A stretch of DNA of 64,000 nucleotides from an uncultured Methanosarcinales archaeon (GCA_964485195.1 CAZAIK010000007.1:1-64000); one strand, 5' to 3'. Shown: positions 27,443-37,005, counted from the stretch's first letter. Translations and numbers: made by a program. The notes: generated by a model not told the origin, from the letters alone.

Positions 27443-28639
27443 ATGATAATAGCAGACCTTCACATTCACAGCAGTTACGCAAGGGGATGCTCCAAGTCCA
27501 TTACCATCCCCAATCTTGAGAAATACGCAAAGATTAAAGGCATAAACCTTCTTGGCACAGGGGATTTCACCCATCCCAAATGGTTTGAACACCTAAAAGA
27601 AAACCTTGAGGAAACAAGCGCAGGAAGCGGGATTTACCAGTCAGAGAAAGGCCAGAAATTCCTGCTCAGCACAGAAATATCCCTGATGTACTCCCAGGGA
27701 GGAAAGGGCAGGAAACTGCACTTGGTAATGCTTGCAAAAAACCTTGACATTGCAAGCCAGATAAATGAAGCACTAGGGAAAAGGTGGAGGCTTGACTATG
27801 ACGGAAGGCCCATCTTCGGGATAGACGCCCCCGGGTTTGTGGAAATGATGAGAGGCATAGACAAGGACATAGAGTTAATACCTGCCCACGCCTGGACACC
27901 TTGGTTCGGCATTTTTGGCAGCATGTCGGGATTTGACTCACTGGAAGAATGCTTTGGCGAAAAGACAAGACAGATACACGCTATTGAGACAGGAATGTCA
28001 TCTGACCCTGAAATGAACTGGAGGCTTTCAAAACTTGACAAAGTCAACCTGGTTTCATTTTCAGATGCCCACAGCTTCTGGCCCTGGAGAATGGGGAGGG
28101 AAGCCACAATTTTTGACACGGAATTCGATTATCCTGAAATACTTGGCGCGATAAGAACAGGCAAAGGGCTGAATTCAACCATAGAGGTTGACCCCGGGTA
28201 TGGAAAGTATCATTTCACCGGGCACAGGAACTGCGACATATGCATTCCCCCCAAGGAAGCAATAAAGCTGAATAACTTATGCCAAAAATGCGGAAAGCCA
28301 TTAACTGTGGGGGTATTGCAAAGGGTGGAGGAACTTGCAGACAGGCCTGAAGGTTTTGTTCCAAAAGATGCAGCGCCGTTCAAAAAAATTATTCCCCTTT
28401 CTGAACTGATTTCCAAAGTCCTGAATGTAGGCATCGCAACCAAAAAGAGCTGGGAGATTTATTACAGGTTAATAAGGAATTTCGGGAATGAAATGAATGT
28501 CCTGCTAAACGCGGAAAAGAAAGATTTGCTAAATGTCGTCGGGGAAAAGCTTTCTGATGTCATAAGCAAAAACAGGGAAGGAATGATAAAGATAAGAGAA
28601 GGATGCGATGGGATGTATGGAATGCCAATCATTGAATGA
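27443..28639 (+). CDS. endoQ: endonuclease Q family protein (PHP domain)
   Basis: DLHIHS, GTGDFTHP, IPAHAWTPWFG, SDAHS, GKYH.TGHR.C..C, C..CG zinc motif. Confidence 0.9.
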   Translation: MIIADLHIHSSYARGCSKSITIPNLEKYAKIKGINLLGTGDFTHPKWFEHLKENLEETSAGSGIYQSEKGQKFLLSTEISLMYSQGGKGRKLHLVMLAKNLDIASQINEALGKRWRLDYDGRPIFGIDAPGFVEMMRGIDKDIELIPAHAWTPWFGIFGSMSGFDSLEECFGEKTRQIHAIETGMSSDPEMNWRLSKLDKVNLVSFSDAHSFWPWRMGREATIFDTEFDYPEILGAIRTGKGLNSTIEVDPGYGKYHFTGHRNCDICIPPKEAIKLNNLCQKCGKPLTVGVLQRVEELADRPEGFVPKDAAPFKKIIPLSELISKVLNVGIATKKSWEIYYRLIRNFGNEMNVLLNAEKKDLLNVVGEKLSDVISKNREGMIKIREGCDGMYGMPIIE

Positions 28640-28744
28640 TTTCCTCAAATTTTTTTTCCGTCGAGAACAGGAATAATCGAAACCTTTTTAAATAAAAAAT
28701 CTTTTTGGATAGTTATCCCTAACAAATTAAAGAGGTGAAACATA

Positions 28745-28891
28745 GTGGCAAAAAAAAGAAAGAAGGCAGCTAAGAAGTCAACTAAGAAAAAGTCTGTTAA
28801 GAAGAAGACCAAGAAGAAGGCAACAAAAAAGAAGACCAAGAAAAAGTCTGCTAAGAAGAAGACCAAGAAAAAGACCAAGAAGAAAAGATAA
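28745..28891 (+). CDS. 48-aa Lys-rich histone H1-like protein (not in ORF track)
   Basis: GTG start after GAGGTGA SD; MAKKRKKAAKKSTKKKSVKKKTKKKATKKKTKKKSAKKKTKKKTKKKR; upstream BRE/TATA at ~28678-28693. Confidence 0.8.
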   Translation: MAKKRKKAAKKSTKKKSVKKKTKKKATKKKTKKKSAKKKTKKKTKKKR

Positions 28892-28905
28892 GTTTCTGGA
28901 TTTAG

Positions 28906-28930
28906 CTGCCTCGCCAAAGGGGCAGTTTTA
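28906..28930 (+). terminator. hairpin plus T tract after the H1-like gene
   Basis: CTGCCTC/GGGGCAG stem followed by TTTT. Confidence 0.55.
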
Positions 28931-29001
28931 TTAATTTTTAAAAAAGCACTATTCCTGGCTAACAGAAAATTATTTATACTAGTTTACTACTCTGGAATAA
29001 T

Positions 29002-29655
29002 ATGAATGATTTCAGCAAATTGGTCCCTACCATACTGGAGAAAGGGGTTGATAATGTTGACCTTTCTATGTTTGACCTGGAAACAAAAAACAGGATTCTG
29101 AATGACGTGGGCGACGAGCTGGTCAAGAAAGGAAGGCTGGCAGAGGCAATGCAGATATTCACTAAAACAAAGAACAGGCAGAAGCTGGTGGTTGTTGGAG
29201 ATGAATTCAGGAGGATGAGCAACCTTAACAGCGCAGTGGATGCCTATGCGCTTGCTGGGGATACAGAGAGGTTGAGAGGAATAGGTGAAAAGGCCCTTGA
29301 CGAAGGGGCAATGTCAATAGCTGTGAAGGCCTTCAGGGCGCTTGGGGATTCGGAAAAGCTCGCTCTTGTTGGAGAGCAGTGCCTGGAAAAAGCAAAGCTG
29401 GACATAGCTGTTGAGGTGTTCAATGTTTTGGGAAACAAGGCAAAGCTTTCAGAGATTGGAGAGGTTTGCCTGAAAGAGGGCAACTATTCCTTGGCTGCAA
29501 ATGCGTTTCACAAGGCCAGTGACAGGGACAACCTCAGCAAATTAGGTGACTTGATGCTGAAGGAAGGCCAGCGCTCCAATGCCAGGCTGGCATACCAGCT
29601 GGCAGGCAATCACACAATGGTCAACTTCATAGACCAGAACTTCAGCGCGGAATAA
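29002..29655 (+). CDS. alpha-solenoid repeat protein (clathrin/coatomer-like 29-aa repeats)
   Basis: Six repeats of the form L..[VI]G[DE]..L..G....A..A[FY]...G[DN]. Confidence 0.75.
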   Translation: MNDFSKLVPTILEKGVDNVDLSMFDLETKNRILNDVGDELVKKGRLAEAMQIFTKTKNRQKLVVVGDEFRRMSNLNSAVDAYALAGDTERLRGIGEKALDEGAMSIAVKAFRALGDSEKLALVGEQCLEKAKLDIAVEVFNVLGNKAKLSEIGEVCLKEGNYSLAANAFHKASDRDNLSKLGDLMLKEGQRSNARLAYQLAGNHTMVNFIDQNFSAE

Positions 29656-29659
29656 TTTC

Positions 29660-30667
29660 TTAAAATGCCAAAATAAGCAGAATCACGAGAAATACGCTGT
29701 TCACAGCCTGCAAAAGCCAGCTGGGGGCGAGTTTTTTCCTCTTCAGGGCGTAATAGGCAAGGATTGGGGACTGCACTATTGCAACAACTGCGGATGACAC
29801 TGCCAGCACAGCAAAGATGCTGAAATAAAACACCAAAAGCCCGAAATAAAGGGGATAATAAAGAAGTTCGTGCAGCTGCTTCATCTTTCTCGTCAGGTTT
29901 AGTATTCCCGTTGCAATGGCAGTGTAGGCAATGATAAGAACAAACAGGGTAAACATGCTTTTGGAGTCAAAATAAACAGCAACTATGTCAAGGAACAGGA
30001 CAGCCAGTATAATCTTGTCATTGTGCAGAAAGGACTTTTCAAATCCGTTAAGCAGGTCGGATATGATATTTGAGATCGCGGGGGTTAGCTTTATGCTCAG
30101 CATTACAAGATAAACAGCCAGCAGGAAGAAAATGTGGCTCTTCTCAGGCGTTGTTATAAAAATAATCACATCAATCATGAACATCATAAACAAGGCATCC
30201 TCAAGCAGATTACCCCCCTTAAGCACTTCCTTGAACATAAACTTGAAAATGCTCCTTTTTTTCCAGCTTTCCCTTGCAGCCCCGTGGCTCATTCCCTTGT
30301 AAAGAAGGAACATATTGACCAGCAGTATGGCAATGATTCCTGCAGTGAAGGGGCTTGAGGTTATATGGTCAATGAATGTAAGGGTGACTGCCCTGACCAC
30401 AAGGAAGAATATCCAGATGAAATGAAGGTAAATGCTTATTGGATTGAAATTAAAGCTTTGGAACTGCGCCCACTGCCCGCTTAACGACAATGCAGGGAAA
30501 TGGTCTGGGTCAAGGTCAAAATTGATGATTCCCAGAATGTTCAGGAGCTGCAGGACAAGAAAGATATAAGCAAGGTTCTTGGCAAGCGAATAAAAGAGGA
30601 ATTCAAATGTCAGCTTTTGGTAATTTCTGCTTTTTCTCAGCAGCTTGTGCCTGTGGTCTATCTTCAT
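29660..30667 (-). CDS. multi-pass membrane protein
   Basis: About 9-10 hydrophobic segments. Confidence 0.75.
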   Translation of the reverse strand: MKIDHRHKLLRKSRNYQKLTFEFLFYSLAKNLAYIFLVLQLLNILGIINFDLDPDHFPALSLSGQWAQFQSFNFNPISIYLHFIWIFFLVVRAVTLTFIDHITSSPFTAGIIAILLVNMFLLYKGMSHGAARESWKKRSIFKFMFKEVLKGGNLLEDALFMMFMIDVIIFITTPEKSHIFFLLAVYLVMLSIKLTPAISNIISDLLNGFEKSFLHNDKIILAVLFLDIVAVYFDSKSMFTLFVLIIAYTAIATGILNLTRKMKQLHELLYYPLYFGLLVFYFSIFAVLAVSSAVVAIVQSPILAYYALKRKKLAPSWLLQAVNSVFLVILLILAF

Positions 30668-30705
30668 TAAAACCGCTTTTTCCTTTCTTATTTATTAATT
30701 TGATG

Positions 30706-31389
30706 CTAATATTGCTCTTTAGCCCTAACCTTCCTGCTAAAATCCTTATGAGGATATATGCAATATTCAGGGATGACACAGGAGCCGCACTTTGGATAGG
30801 TTGTTGTGCAGATATTCTGCCCGTAAACAACCAACAAGTCATTGTAAACAGGCCAGTACTTTTTCGGCAGGATTTCCCTCAGTCCCTCCTCTGTCTCGTC
30901 AGCGTTTTTTGTATCAACCAGCCCCAGCCTGCTTGAGATAACGTGCACGTGAGCATCAACAGCCAAGGCCTTTTTGCTGTTATGGCCGTGCAGCATTACG
31001 ATGTTTGCTGTTTTCCTTCCCACGCCTTTTAATTTCAGTAGCTCTTCCATTGAATCAGGAACTCTTGAGCCATATTTCTTGATGAGTGTTTTTGCTATTT
31101 CCTTTACCCTCCTTGCCTTTGTCTTGTAAAAGCCGACAGGATAAATCAGCTTCTCAATTCTCTTTGCGTCAAGCTTTGCCAGCTTTTCCGGAGTGTCCGC
31201 AACCTTGAACAGCCTTTCCGATGCCTCCTCTGTTGTCCTGTCCTTTGTCCTCAGGCTCAGGACGCAGGAAATGAGAACCCTGAAGGGATCCTTTCGCATG
31301 CCTATTTCAGTGACTATGGGAGGCCTGTGCTTTTTGTAAAACCTCCTTAACCTTTTGATAATCTCGGGAATGTCCTTGGTTTTTGCCAT
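30706..31389 (-). CDS. nth: endonuclease III
   Basis: LKGVGRKTAN HhH, VDAHV, C-x6-C-x2-C-x5-C FeS motif. Confidence 0.93.
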   Translation of the reverse strand: MAKTKDIPEIIKRLRRFYKKHRPPIVTEIGMRKDPFRVLISCVLSLRTKDRTTEEASERLFKVADTPEKLAKLDAKRIEKLIYPVGFYKTKARRVKEIAKTLIKKYGSRVPDSMEELLKLKGVGRKTANIVMLHGHNSKKALAVDAHVHVISSRLGLVDTKNADETEEGLREILPKKYWPVYNDLLVVYGQNICTTTYPKCGSCVIPEYCIYPHKDFSRKVRAKEQY

Positions 31390-31489
31390 GGAAAAATACT
31401 TCTCTTATGATTAAAATACTTTTTGTTTAAAGAATATAAAAAATCAAATTAATTATTGTGCCTGCAGCGCCAGTGTTGATGTTAGTGTT

Positions 31490-31846
31490 CTAACCTACAA
31501 TAACGCTTCCTTCCATTCCGGGATGGATTGTGCATTCGTAATCAAAAGTCCCTTTTTCATTAAAGGTGTGGGTGAAGGGCTCTCCTGGCTGAACATTCAC
31601 GTCAACCCCGAAACCGGTCACTGTGTGCGGAAATCCGTCGTTATTGACCCACTTAACTGTGTCTCCTGGGCTTATCTCAACAGTAGCTGGCACAAACTGG
31701 ATGTTTTCCATGCTGACCGTGACTATTCCCTCATCTGCAGTTTCAGGCTCATCAGCCCCCGTTCCATCCGCAGTCTGCTCGTACTGGGCGCAGCCGTAAA
31801 AAGCAAGAACTGCCGCTAATAGCAGTATAAAGAAATATTTCTTCAT
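31490..31846 (-). CDS. plastocyanin/halocyanin-like blue copper lipoprotein
   Basis: FYGC lipobox; HTVT and C-T-I-H-P-G-M copper ligands. Confidence 0.88.
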   Translation of the reverse strand: MKKYFFILLLAAVLAFYGCAQYEQTADGTGADEPETADEGIVTVSMENIQFVPATVEISPGDTVKWVNNDGFPHTVTGFGVDVNVQPGEPFTHTFNEKGTFDYECTIHPGMEGSVIVG

Positions 31847-31880
31847 AAATAACACCTCTGCATATTGTATGACTTTGCTT

Positions 31881-32468
31881 CTACCTGACGTTTTTAAACC
31901 TTTGCACTAAATCTTCAAGAGAAGTGTAAACAATTCCCTCCATTCCTAATTCGTCGGCAACTTCAACGTTCCTCAGCTTGTCGTCAACAAAGACGCATTC
32001 TTCCGGCTTTACACCCAATTTTTTTGCCGCTGTCCTGTATATCTTCCTGTCAGGCTTGGCAACGCCCTCCTCAAAAGAAACCACCATAACATCAAATAAG
32101 GAGCCAAAATAAAACCTTTTCCTGTTCAGCTCAAACCATTCCCTGCAGGTATTGGACAGTAATGCTGTTTTGATTCCCTTTTTTCTGAGGTTCCTTATGA
32201 ATTCAGCAACTCCCTTGAAAATTCTCTGTTTTCTTATTGCTTTCTTAAAATAAGCAATGTCATAATCCCTGTTCAGGTCTTTCAAAATCCCTCTCCACGC
32301 TTCATCCTCTGTTATTTTTCCCAGTTTCCACTTGTTGAACCATATGCCAAAAACCTTCCTGAATTTTTTATAACTGACTCCCAGCCTCTTTGCAAAATCC
32401 CTTTTGAACGGGGCGAGCGTCTTTGGCGAGACGACAACGCCACCCATGTCAAATATTGCCGCTTTCAT
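31881..32468 (-). CDS. HAD family phosphatase
   Basis: FDMGGV, LSN, KPD, FVDD motifs. Confidence 0.92.
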   Translation of the reverse strand: MKAAIFDMGGVVVSPKTLAPFKRDFAKRLGVSYKKFRKVFGIWFNKWKLGKITEDEAWRGILKDLNRDYDIAYFKKAIRKQRIFKGVAEFIRNLRKKGIKTALLSNTCREWFELNRKRFYFGSLFDVMVVSFEEGVAKPDRKIYRTAAKKLGVKPEECVFVDDKLRNVEVADELGMEGIVYTSLEDLVQRFKNVR

Positions 32469-33198
32469 TCTCAAGCTTCCCGTAGCAGTATTCCATCAAT
32501 GGTTTTAAGTTTATGGTGTCTTCCTCATTGTACTTGACAAGCATCTCAAGATATTTCCTGTCTCCGGTTTTCTGCCATCTGTCCCACAAAAAAACCGCAT
32601 CCTCGCTTTCAAGGTTTTCAACCTCGAACCTTCTCTTTATCCCCACTATTTTTTCTATGAGCTTAAGCCCGCCCGTCAACCCAACCTTTCTGCAGGCGTG
32701 CCTCAGGTCAATGTGCGGGATGTCCGGCACTACCCTGTTGAAAAACCTGTTGATTACAGGTACGTCAAATGATTTTCCGTTGAAAGTAACGAGAAGCTTG
32801 TATCTTTCCAGTTCTTTTCTCAGCAATTCCTTGTCCAGGTTGAAACCGCGGACCATTTGCCTGCTTTCCCTCCCGTCAAACATCCCTATTACTGTTATGT
32901 TTCCGTAGAAATTGCTGGTTTCTATGTCAAGAAAACAGCATTCCTCCTCAAATTCCCTATACAAACGCCACATTTCTGTTGAAGGCATCCTGCTTGTGAA
33001 AAACAAGGAGTTGTTCTCGCGCAATTCCCTCTTTGCCCTTACCAATTGCCTGTCAAAATAAGCTTTCCTTAATTCTGAGATTCCTTTTATTCTATTCGCG
33101 TCAAGAAAGGCATTCCATTCAGGAATTCCTTTTTTCCAGATGCCCCTCTCTTTTCTGATGCCTACCCCGTCGAGGATTATAAAGCTCTTCCTAATCAT
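32449..33198 (-). CDS. RNase H-like (YprB / DEDD) exonuclease domain protein
   Basis: FLDIETS, TFNGKSFDVP, HIDL, YNEED. Confidence 0.88.
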   Translation of the reverse strand: MIRKSFIILDGVGIRKERGIWKKGIPEWNAFLDANRIKGISELRKAYFDRQLVRAKRELRENNSLFFTSRMPSTEMWRLYREFEEECCFLDIETSNFYGNITVIGMFDGRESRQMVRGFNLDKELLRKELERYKLLVTFNGKSFDVPVINRFFNRVVPDIPHIDLRHACRKVGLTGGLKLIEKIVGIKRRFEVENLESEDAVFLWDRWQKTGDRKYLEMLVKYNEEDTINLKPLMEYCYGKLENESGNI

Positions 33199-33994
33199 TT
33201 CTTGCCCTGTGATACAGAAACTGCTGTGCATATCCCGCCAGTTTTCCCCACCTTTCCTGCGCAAATTCCCTTATCCTTCTTTCTTTGGTTTTTTTGCCCT
33301 TGAAAAACTCCTTTTCCATTGCTCTCTTTATCCATACGTCAACAGGGAATGCCTCTCCAAAACCCAGGGAAAAGAGCATCACAGCGTCGGCAATCTTCTC
33401 ACCCACTCCCGGCAATTTTGCCAGTTCTTTTTTGGCGTCCACATAGCTCATCTTTTTTAATTTTTTAAGCCATTTTTCATCAATTTTCCCGGCTGTTTCA
33501 AGAATATACCTTGAGCGGAACCCGCACCCGCATTTTTTAATGGTGCAAAAATCCTTTATTTCTTCTTTTGTGGGGAACGAGTAGGATACATACTCCCCCA
33601 GCTGTATCTTCCTGCCGAATGACATTGCAAGATTGTTGACATTGCTGGTTATCTTGGGAATATTTGCTGCAGAAGAGCATATGTAGGAAATGAGGCATTC
33701 CCAGGGGTCCTGCCTGCAGATTCTCAATCCCTTGTATTTTTCCACAGCCCTTGCAATTTTCCTGTCTTTTTTCAGTTTCCTTATTATCTTCTCATAATCC
33801 TCGTCAAGCGCAAAATAATGCCTGAGGAATTTTCCAGAGCATCCGCTAAAAAAGAGATTGTTGCCCTCCTGCCTCAGTCTTAATATCCTGTCGCGCACGA
33901 CCAAATAGTAAAAATCCCCCTGCTTCTCGTACCTGAAAAGCTGTCCGCATTCCAGCGTGTTCTTCAGGTCAAAATTCCTTATTTCTGTCATCAT
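33191..33994 (-). CDS. ogg: 8-oxoguanine DNA glycosylase (Ogg1-type)
   Basis: TLECGQLFRY, QDPWECLISYICS, LPGVGEKIAD, FPVDVW, AGYAQQFLY. Confidence 0.9.
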   Translation of the reverse strand: MMTEIRNFDLKNTLECGQLFRYEKQGDFYYLVVRDRILRLRQEGNNLFFSGCSGKFLRHYFALDEDYEKIIRKLKKDRKIARAVEKYKGLRICRQDPWECLISYICSSAANIPKITSNVNNLAMSFGRKIQLGEYVSYSFPTKEEIKDFCTIKKCGCGFRSRYILETAGKIDEKWLKKLKKMSYVDAKKELAKLPGVGEKIADAVMLFSLGFGEAFPVDVWIKRAMEKEFFKGKKTKERRIREFAQERWGKLAGYAQQFLYHRARND

Positions 33995-33995
33995 T

Positions 33996-34163
33996 TTACT
34001 TAAGCACGACCTTCATCACAAAAAGCGAAAGCGCTCCTATCACTCCGAGAACAATCCAAAAGGTGAACTGCGAGTAAAAGCCCATCCCTGCAAATATCAT
34101 GTTAAGTATGAGCAGGGCTATTGCAATAACTGCATACGCCTTTTTCAGCAGAAATTTGTCCAT
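33996..34163 (-). CDS. small two-TM protein (55 aa, not in ORF track)
   Basis: MDKFLLKKAYAVIAIALLILNMIFAGMGFYSQFTFWIVLGVIGALSLFVMKVVLK; stop abuts the ogg start. Confidence 0.55.
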   Translation of the reverse strand: MDKFLLKKAYAVIAIALLILNMIFAGMGFYSQFTFWIVLGVIGALSLFVMKVVLK

Positions 34164-34215
34164 TTCAATTCAGTGCCGGAAAAACTTTATATTATTTTCG
34201 CAGGAATGTCCAGTG

Positions 34216-34515
34216 TCAGGCCCAGCCTCCCAGCTTTTCGTGGATTACCTTTTCAAGCCTCTTCTGCTTTTCAGTCACGTCCCTGTACAGGAGAATTGAA
34301 TAGACCAGGTCAATAATTATGAATATTATCGTGAGTATGAAAAAGAAAAGCTTGACAGCATCGCTCTGGGAGAAGTATGTGACAATGAAGAGAAGCGCGA
34401 AGAGTGGTATGAAAAAGGCAAGCTCAAACTGGAAAAGGGTCCTTTTCTCCTCAATAGCCATTCTTCTTTTTTCCACAGCTGACAGCAGTGCTCCGAGATC
34501 AGTTTTCTTGCTCAT
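34216..34515 (-). CDS. small membrane protein
   Basis: Two TM segments flanked by charged helices. Confidence 0.65.
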   Translation of the reverse strand: MSKKTDLGALLSAVEKRRMAIEEKRTLFQFELAFFIPLFALLFIVTYFSQSDAVKLFFFILTIIFIIIDLVYSILLYRDVTEKQKRLEKVIHEKLGGWA

Positions 34516-34631
34516 ATGCGCGTAAAATATTCTTTTATTTATTAATTTATTTACAAGCCCGCGGCAAAAGCTTATCACTCGAATGGGGTAAATGGCATAA
34601 TGTTTATAAACCTGGCAACCATTTCAGGAAT

Positions 34632-35018
34632 ATGATAATAATAACCATAAAGCCCCTGAAAGCGGAACTGGTGGATTTTTCCATACAGGATGAAACAGCT
34701 GAAATCAACATATTGTTTCGCGATGAGGCTGACGAGCACAAGCTGGCAATCAACAGGAAGATTGAGGATGCAGAGGAACTGGCAGAGCAGATGATAATGG
34801 AAATGCGCAGAATCGTGAAAAAACATCACACCCCTGACAGCGACAGCTATGACGAGATACTCGCGATAAGGGTGGAAAATGAGGATGATGTTGTCAGCAA
34901 AATGAAATCATTCTTTGAAAAGACCAAGGAAAAGATAAACCAGGTGAGGATGATCAAGTCTTCAAAAGGCTATTTGGATACGCTTGCCAAGGCAAAGCAG
35001 TTAGAAATTGAATTTTAG
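34632..35018 (+). CDS. hypothetical protein
   Basis: ATG downstream of TTTATAAA; protein-like composition. Confidence 0.65.
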   Translation: MIIITIKPLKAELVDFSIQDETAEINILFRDEADEHKLAINRKIEDAEELAEQMIMEMRRIVKKHHTPDSDSYDEILAIRVENEDDVVSKMKSFFEKTKEKINQVRMIKSSKGYLDTLAKAKQLEIEF

Positions 35019-35176
35019 TCCAGCATAGAATCAATATCCTTGACTATCTCTTCCGCGGTTTTTAACGGCACCACAGTGCCCTCTGCATTGCACCAGGGAC
35101 AGTATTTGGGAGGCTCCTGCTTGTTAGGGTCGCGGTTCTTGAACTTGTACTTGCATTTCTTGCACTGGAAAGCCAT
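35015..35176 (-). CDS. small zinc-ribbon protein (53 aa, not in ORF track)
   Basis: MAFQCKKCKYKF...YCPWCNAEG; GAGGTG SD. Confidence 0.75.
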   Translation of the reverse strand: MAFQCKKCKYKFKNRDPNKQEPPKYCPWCNAEGTVVPLKTAEEIVKDIDSMLD

Positions 35177-35220
35177 TTAAACACCTCTGAGGAGTGATAA
35201 GCAAAGCAGATATTTAAACT

Positions 35221-35826
35221 TTATGGTTGCTGAACAGGCAGGTTAGACAGAGCCACAAAGCTGAACAACATAAAAAGAATGAGGGCAGCTAAACTGAGAA
35301 TGATAATCACAGGAATAAGGTAAATAAGGACAGCCTTTGTCTTGTTAACATTATACATTTTCATAGTGCCTATGATAAGCAGGACCATTGACCAGATCCA
35401 GATGAAGAAATTAACAAAAGGAATCCAGCCGAAAATATACATAGGAGAATTTCCGTAAACATAAAGCTGGTAAGACCTCTCATAATCTGCATTGACCCTC
35501 CATATCAGGAGCCAGACATAAAGGATTGCTGCTCCTATGAAGCTTCCGATTAATGCGCTTCCAAAGTAAAGAACTCCGTAAAGTATTATCATTCCTATCC
35601 CCGACAAAAGCATTGCAGGAAGAAGAATGCCTGTAAACAGGCTGGCATTTAGGGAAGATAATGACGTGGAGATAATCAGGGAAGCGACAACCCACAATAT
35701 GGAATAAAACAGCGCAATCCACAGCAGGAAAACAAAAGGCTTTCCAATGCCTTCTGGCTTTAACCTTGAGAAAAAATGACCGGGATTAAACAATATTTCC
35801 CTTGCCTTGCCCACAACTGTTTTCAT
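35221..35826 (-). CDS. YIP1 family membrane protein
   Basis: ILFNPGHFF N-terminus, ~5 TM segments, GWIPF. Confidence 0.75.
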   Translation of the reverse strand: MKTVVGKAREILFNPGHFFSRLKPEGIGKPFVFLLWIALFYSILWVVASLIISTSLSSLNASLFTGILLPAMLLSGIGMIILYGVLYFGSALIGSFIGAAILYVWLLIWRVNADYERSYQLYVYGNSPMYIFGWIPFVNFFIWIWSMVLLIIGTMKMYNVNKTKAVLIYLIPVIIILSLAALILFMLFSFVALSNLPVQQP

Positions 35827-35852
35827 ATAATATGTTTTGCTTTCAGGAGTTT

Positions 35853-36095
35853 TTAAATGTTTGCCAAAGTCAGGTTAAAAGTAACAGCCGGAGCTGAAGA
35901 TACCAAAATATCTGCCAACAGCAATATCAATAAAGGGTCAACAACAATGAACACAAACGCTCCAATAATCATATTTCTTTTTTGCCTAAAGCCTGTTTTT
36001 TTGAATGTGGCAAAGAATGTTATCAAAATAATGATTCCTGTTGCAATGCTGATTATGTTTGCTGCAAGGATGATAAGAAGGATGACCGGCTCCAT
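35853..36095 (-). CDS. small membrane protein
   Basis: Two hydrophobic segments. Confidence 0.5.
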   Translation of the reverse strand: MEPVILLIILAANIISIATGIIILITFFATFKKTGFRQKRNMIIGAFVFIVVDPLLILLLADILVSSAPAVTFNLTLANI

Positions 36096-36379
36096 ACTGA
36101 TGTTATTTTACGAAAATATTTATATCTTTTCTCTTTGTCCGCTGGTTGTGAGATTAACATAATTTAAAGGGATTAAGCTTTACCAGTCTGAAGAATTCTG
36201 CTCCAGAGCCAGCAGGTTTCCTGCCCTGTCCATTCTTCTCTGGGGGTGTACAAAAACAAGATATTTTGAACCGGCATCGCTTTTTATCTCCCTGACCTTT
36301 TCAACCAAGCCTTCAAAATCACGGGCAACTCCCCAGGGCAATTCGCTATCTTGTTCATATGCAATAAGAAGACAGAAAA

Positions 36380-36964
36380 TTATTTATTGCTTTTCCTTGC
36401 TTTTCTCCTGTAGACAGCTGACTTGCTGGGCCTGTTCTTCTCGCTGCCCTTTCCTTTTTTCCTTAATCCTCTTGATTTCTTTGCAGAGCTTGTAAGGCCC
36501 CTGAAGGCCCTGCCCCTGTTTGAAGGATTGGTGATCCAGTTGAGGTTTTTGTCCTTGTCTATCCCGGGATGCACCCTTTCCACAAGGATGACCTCATACC
36601 AGTAATTCATGCCGTCCTGGCCAGCATAATAAGAATTCAGAACTTCGCAGTTGGTGTACTTTCTTGCCGCCCTCTGCTCAGCAACTGCCTGGTAGCTCAT
36701 GTCAAGAACCTTCCTATGCCTGTAGTGCTTTGACCTTCTGCCTTTCCTGATTTTCTCTCTTTTCCTGCCCCCTCTTTCAACCCTCTGCCTTACGAGAATG
36801 GTTCCCTGCTTTGGCTTGTATCCCAGGGCCCTGGCCCTGTCCAGCCTTGTAGGCCTTTCAATCCTGAGAGTTGCAGGTTGCCTGCGCCATTGGATGGCAT
36901 TCCTTTTAATAATGTCAGAAGTGTTCTTTTTCCAGGCTTCCTTTAAGTATTTGTAAAGACCCAT
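36380..36964 (-). CDS. rpl15e: 50S ribosomal protein L15e
   Basis: MGLYKY...RIERPTRLDRARALGYK...EVLNSY...WYEVILV...RGLTS. Confidence 0.97.
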   Translation of the reverse strand: MGLYKYLKEAWKKNTSDIIKRNAIQWRRQPATLRIERPTRLDRARALGYKPKQGTILVRQRVERGGRKREKIRKGRRSKHYRHRKVLDMSYQAVAEQRAARKYTNCEVLNSYYAGQDGMNYWYEVILVERVHPGIDKDKNLNWITNPSNRGRAFRGLTSSAKKSRGLRKKGKGSEKNRPSKSAVYRRKARKSNK

Positions 36965-37005
36965 TTTTGCTGATTCAGGCGCCCCTTTCGGAAGCAGTCC
37001 CACAT
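36965..37005 (-). promoter_or_regulatory. putative eL15 ribosomal-protein leader RNA
   Basis: GC-rich ~40-nt 5' UTR GTGGGACTGCTTCCGAAAGGGGCGCCTGAATCAGC with a GAAA-capped stem, between the TATA box (~37031-37039) and ATG. Confidence 0.45.

Noticed and set aside
28645..28917. Phe/Leu-rich 90-aa minus-strand ORF
   Set aside because: Antisense image of the Lys-rich gene, which has the promoter, SD and terminator.
36180..36379. Open frame downstream of rpl15e
   Set aside because: No credible start codon or recognisable motif.
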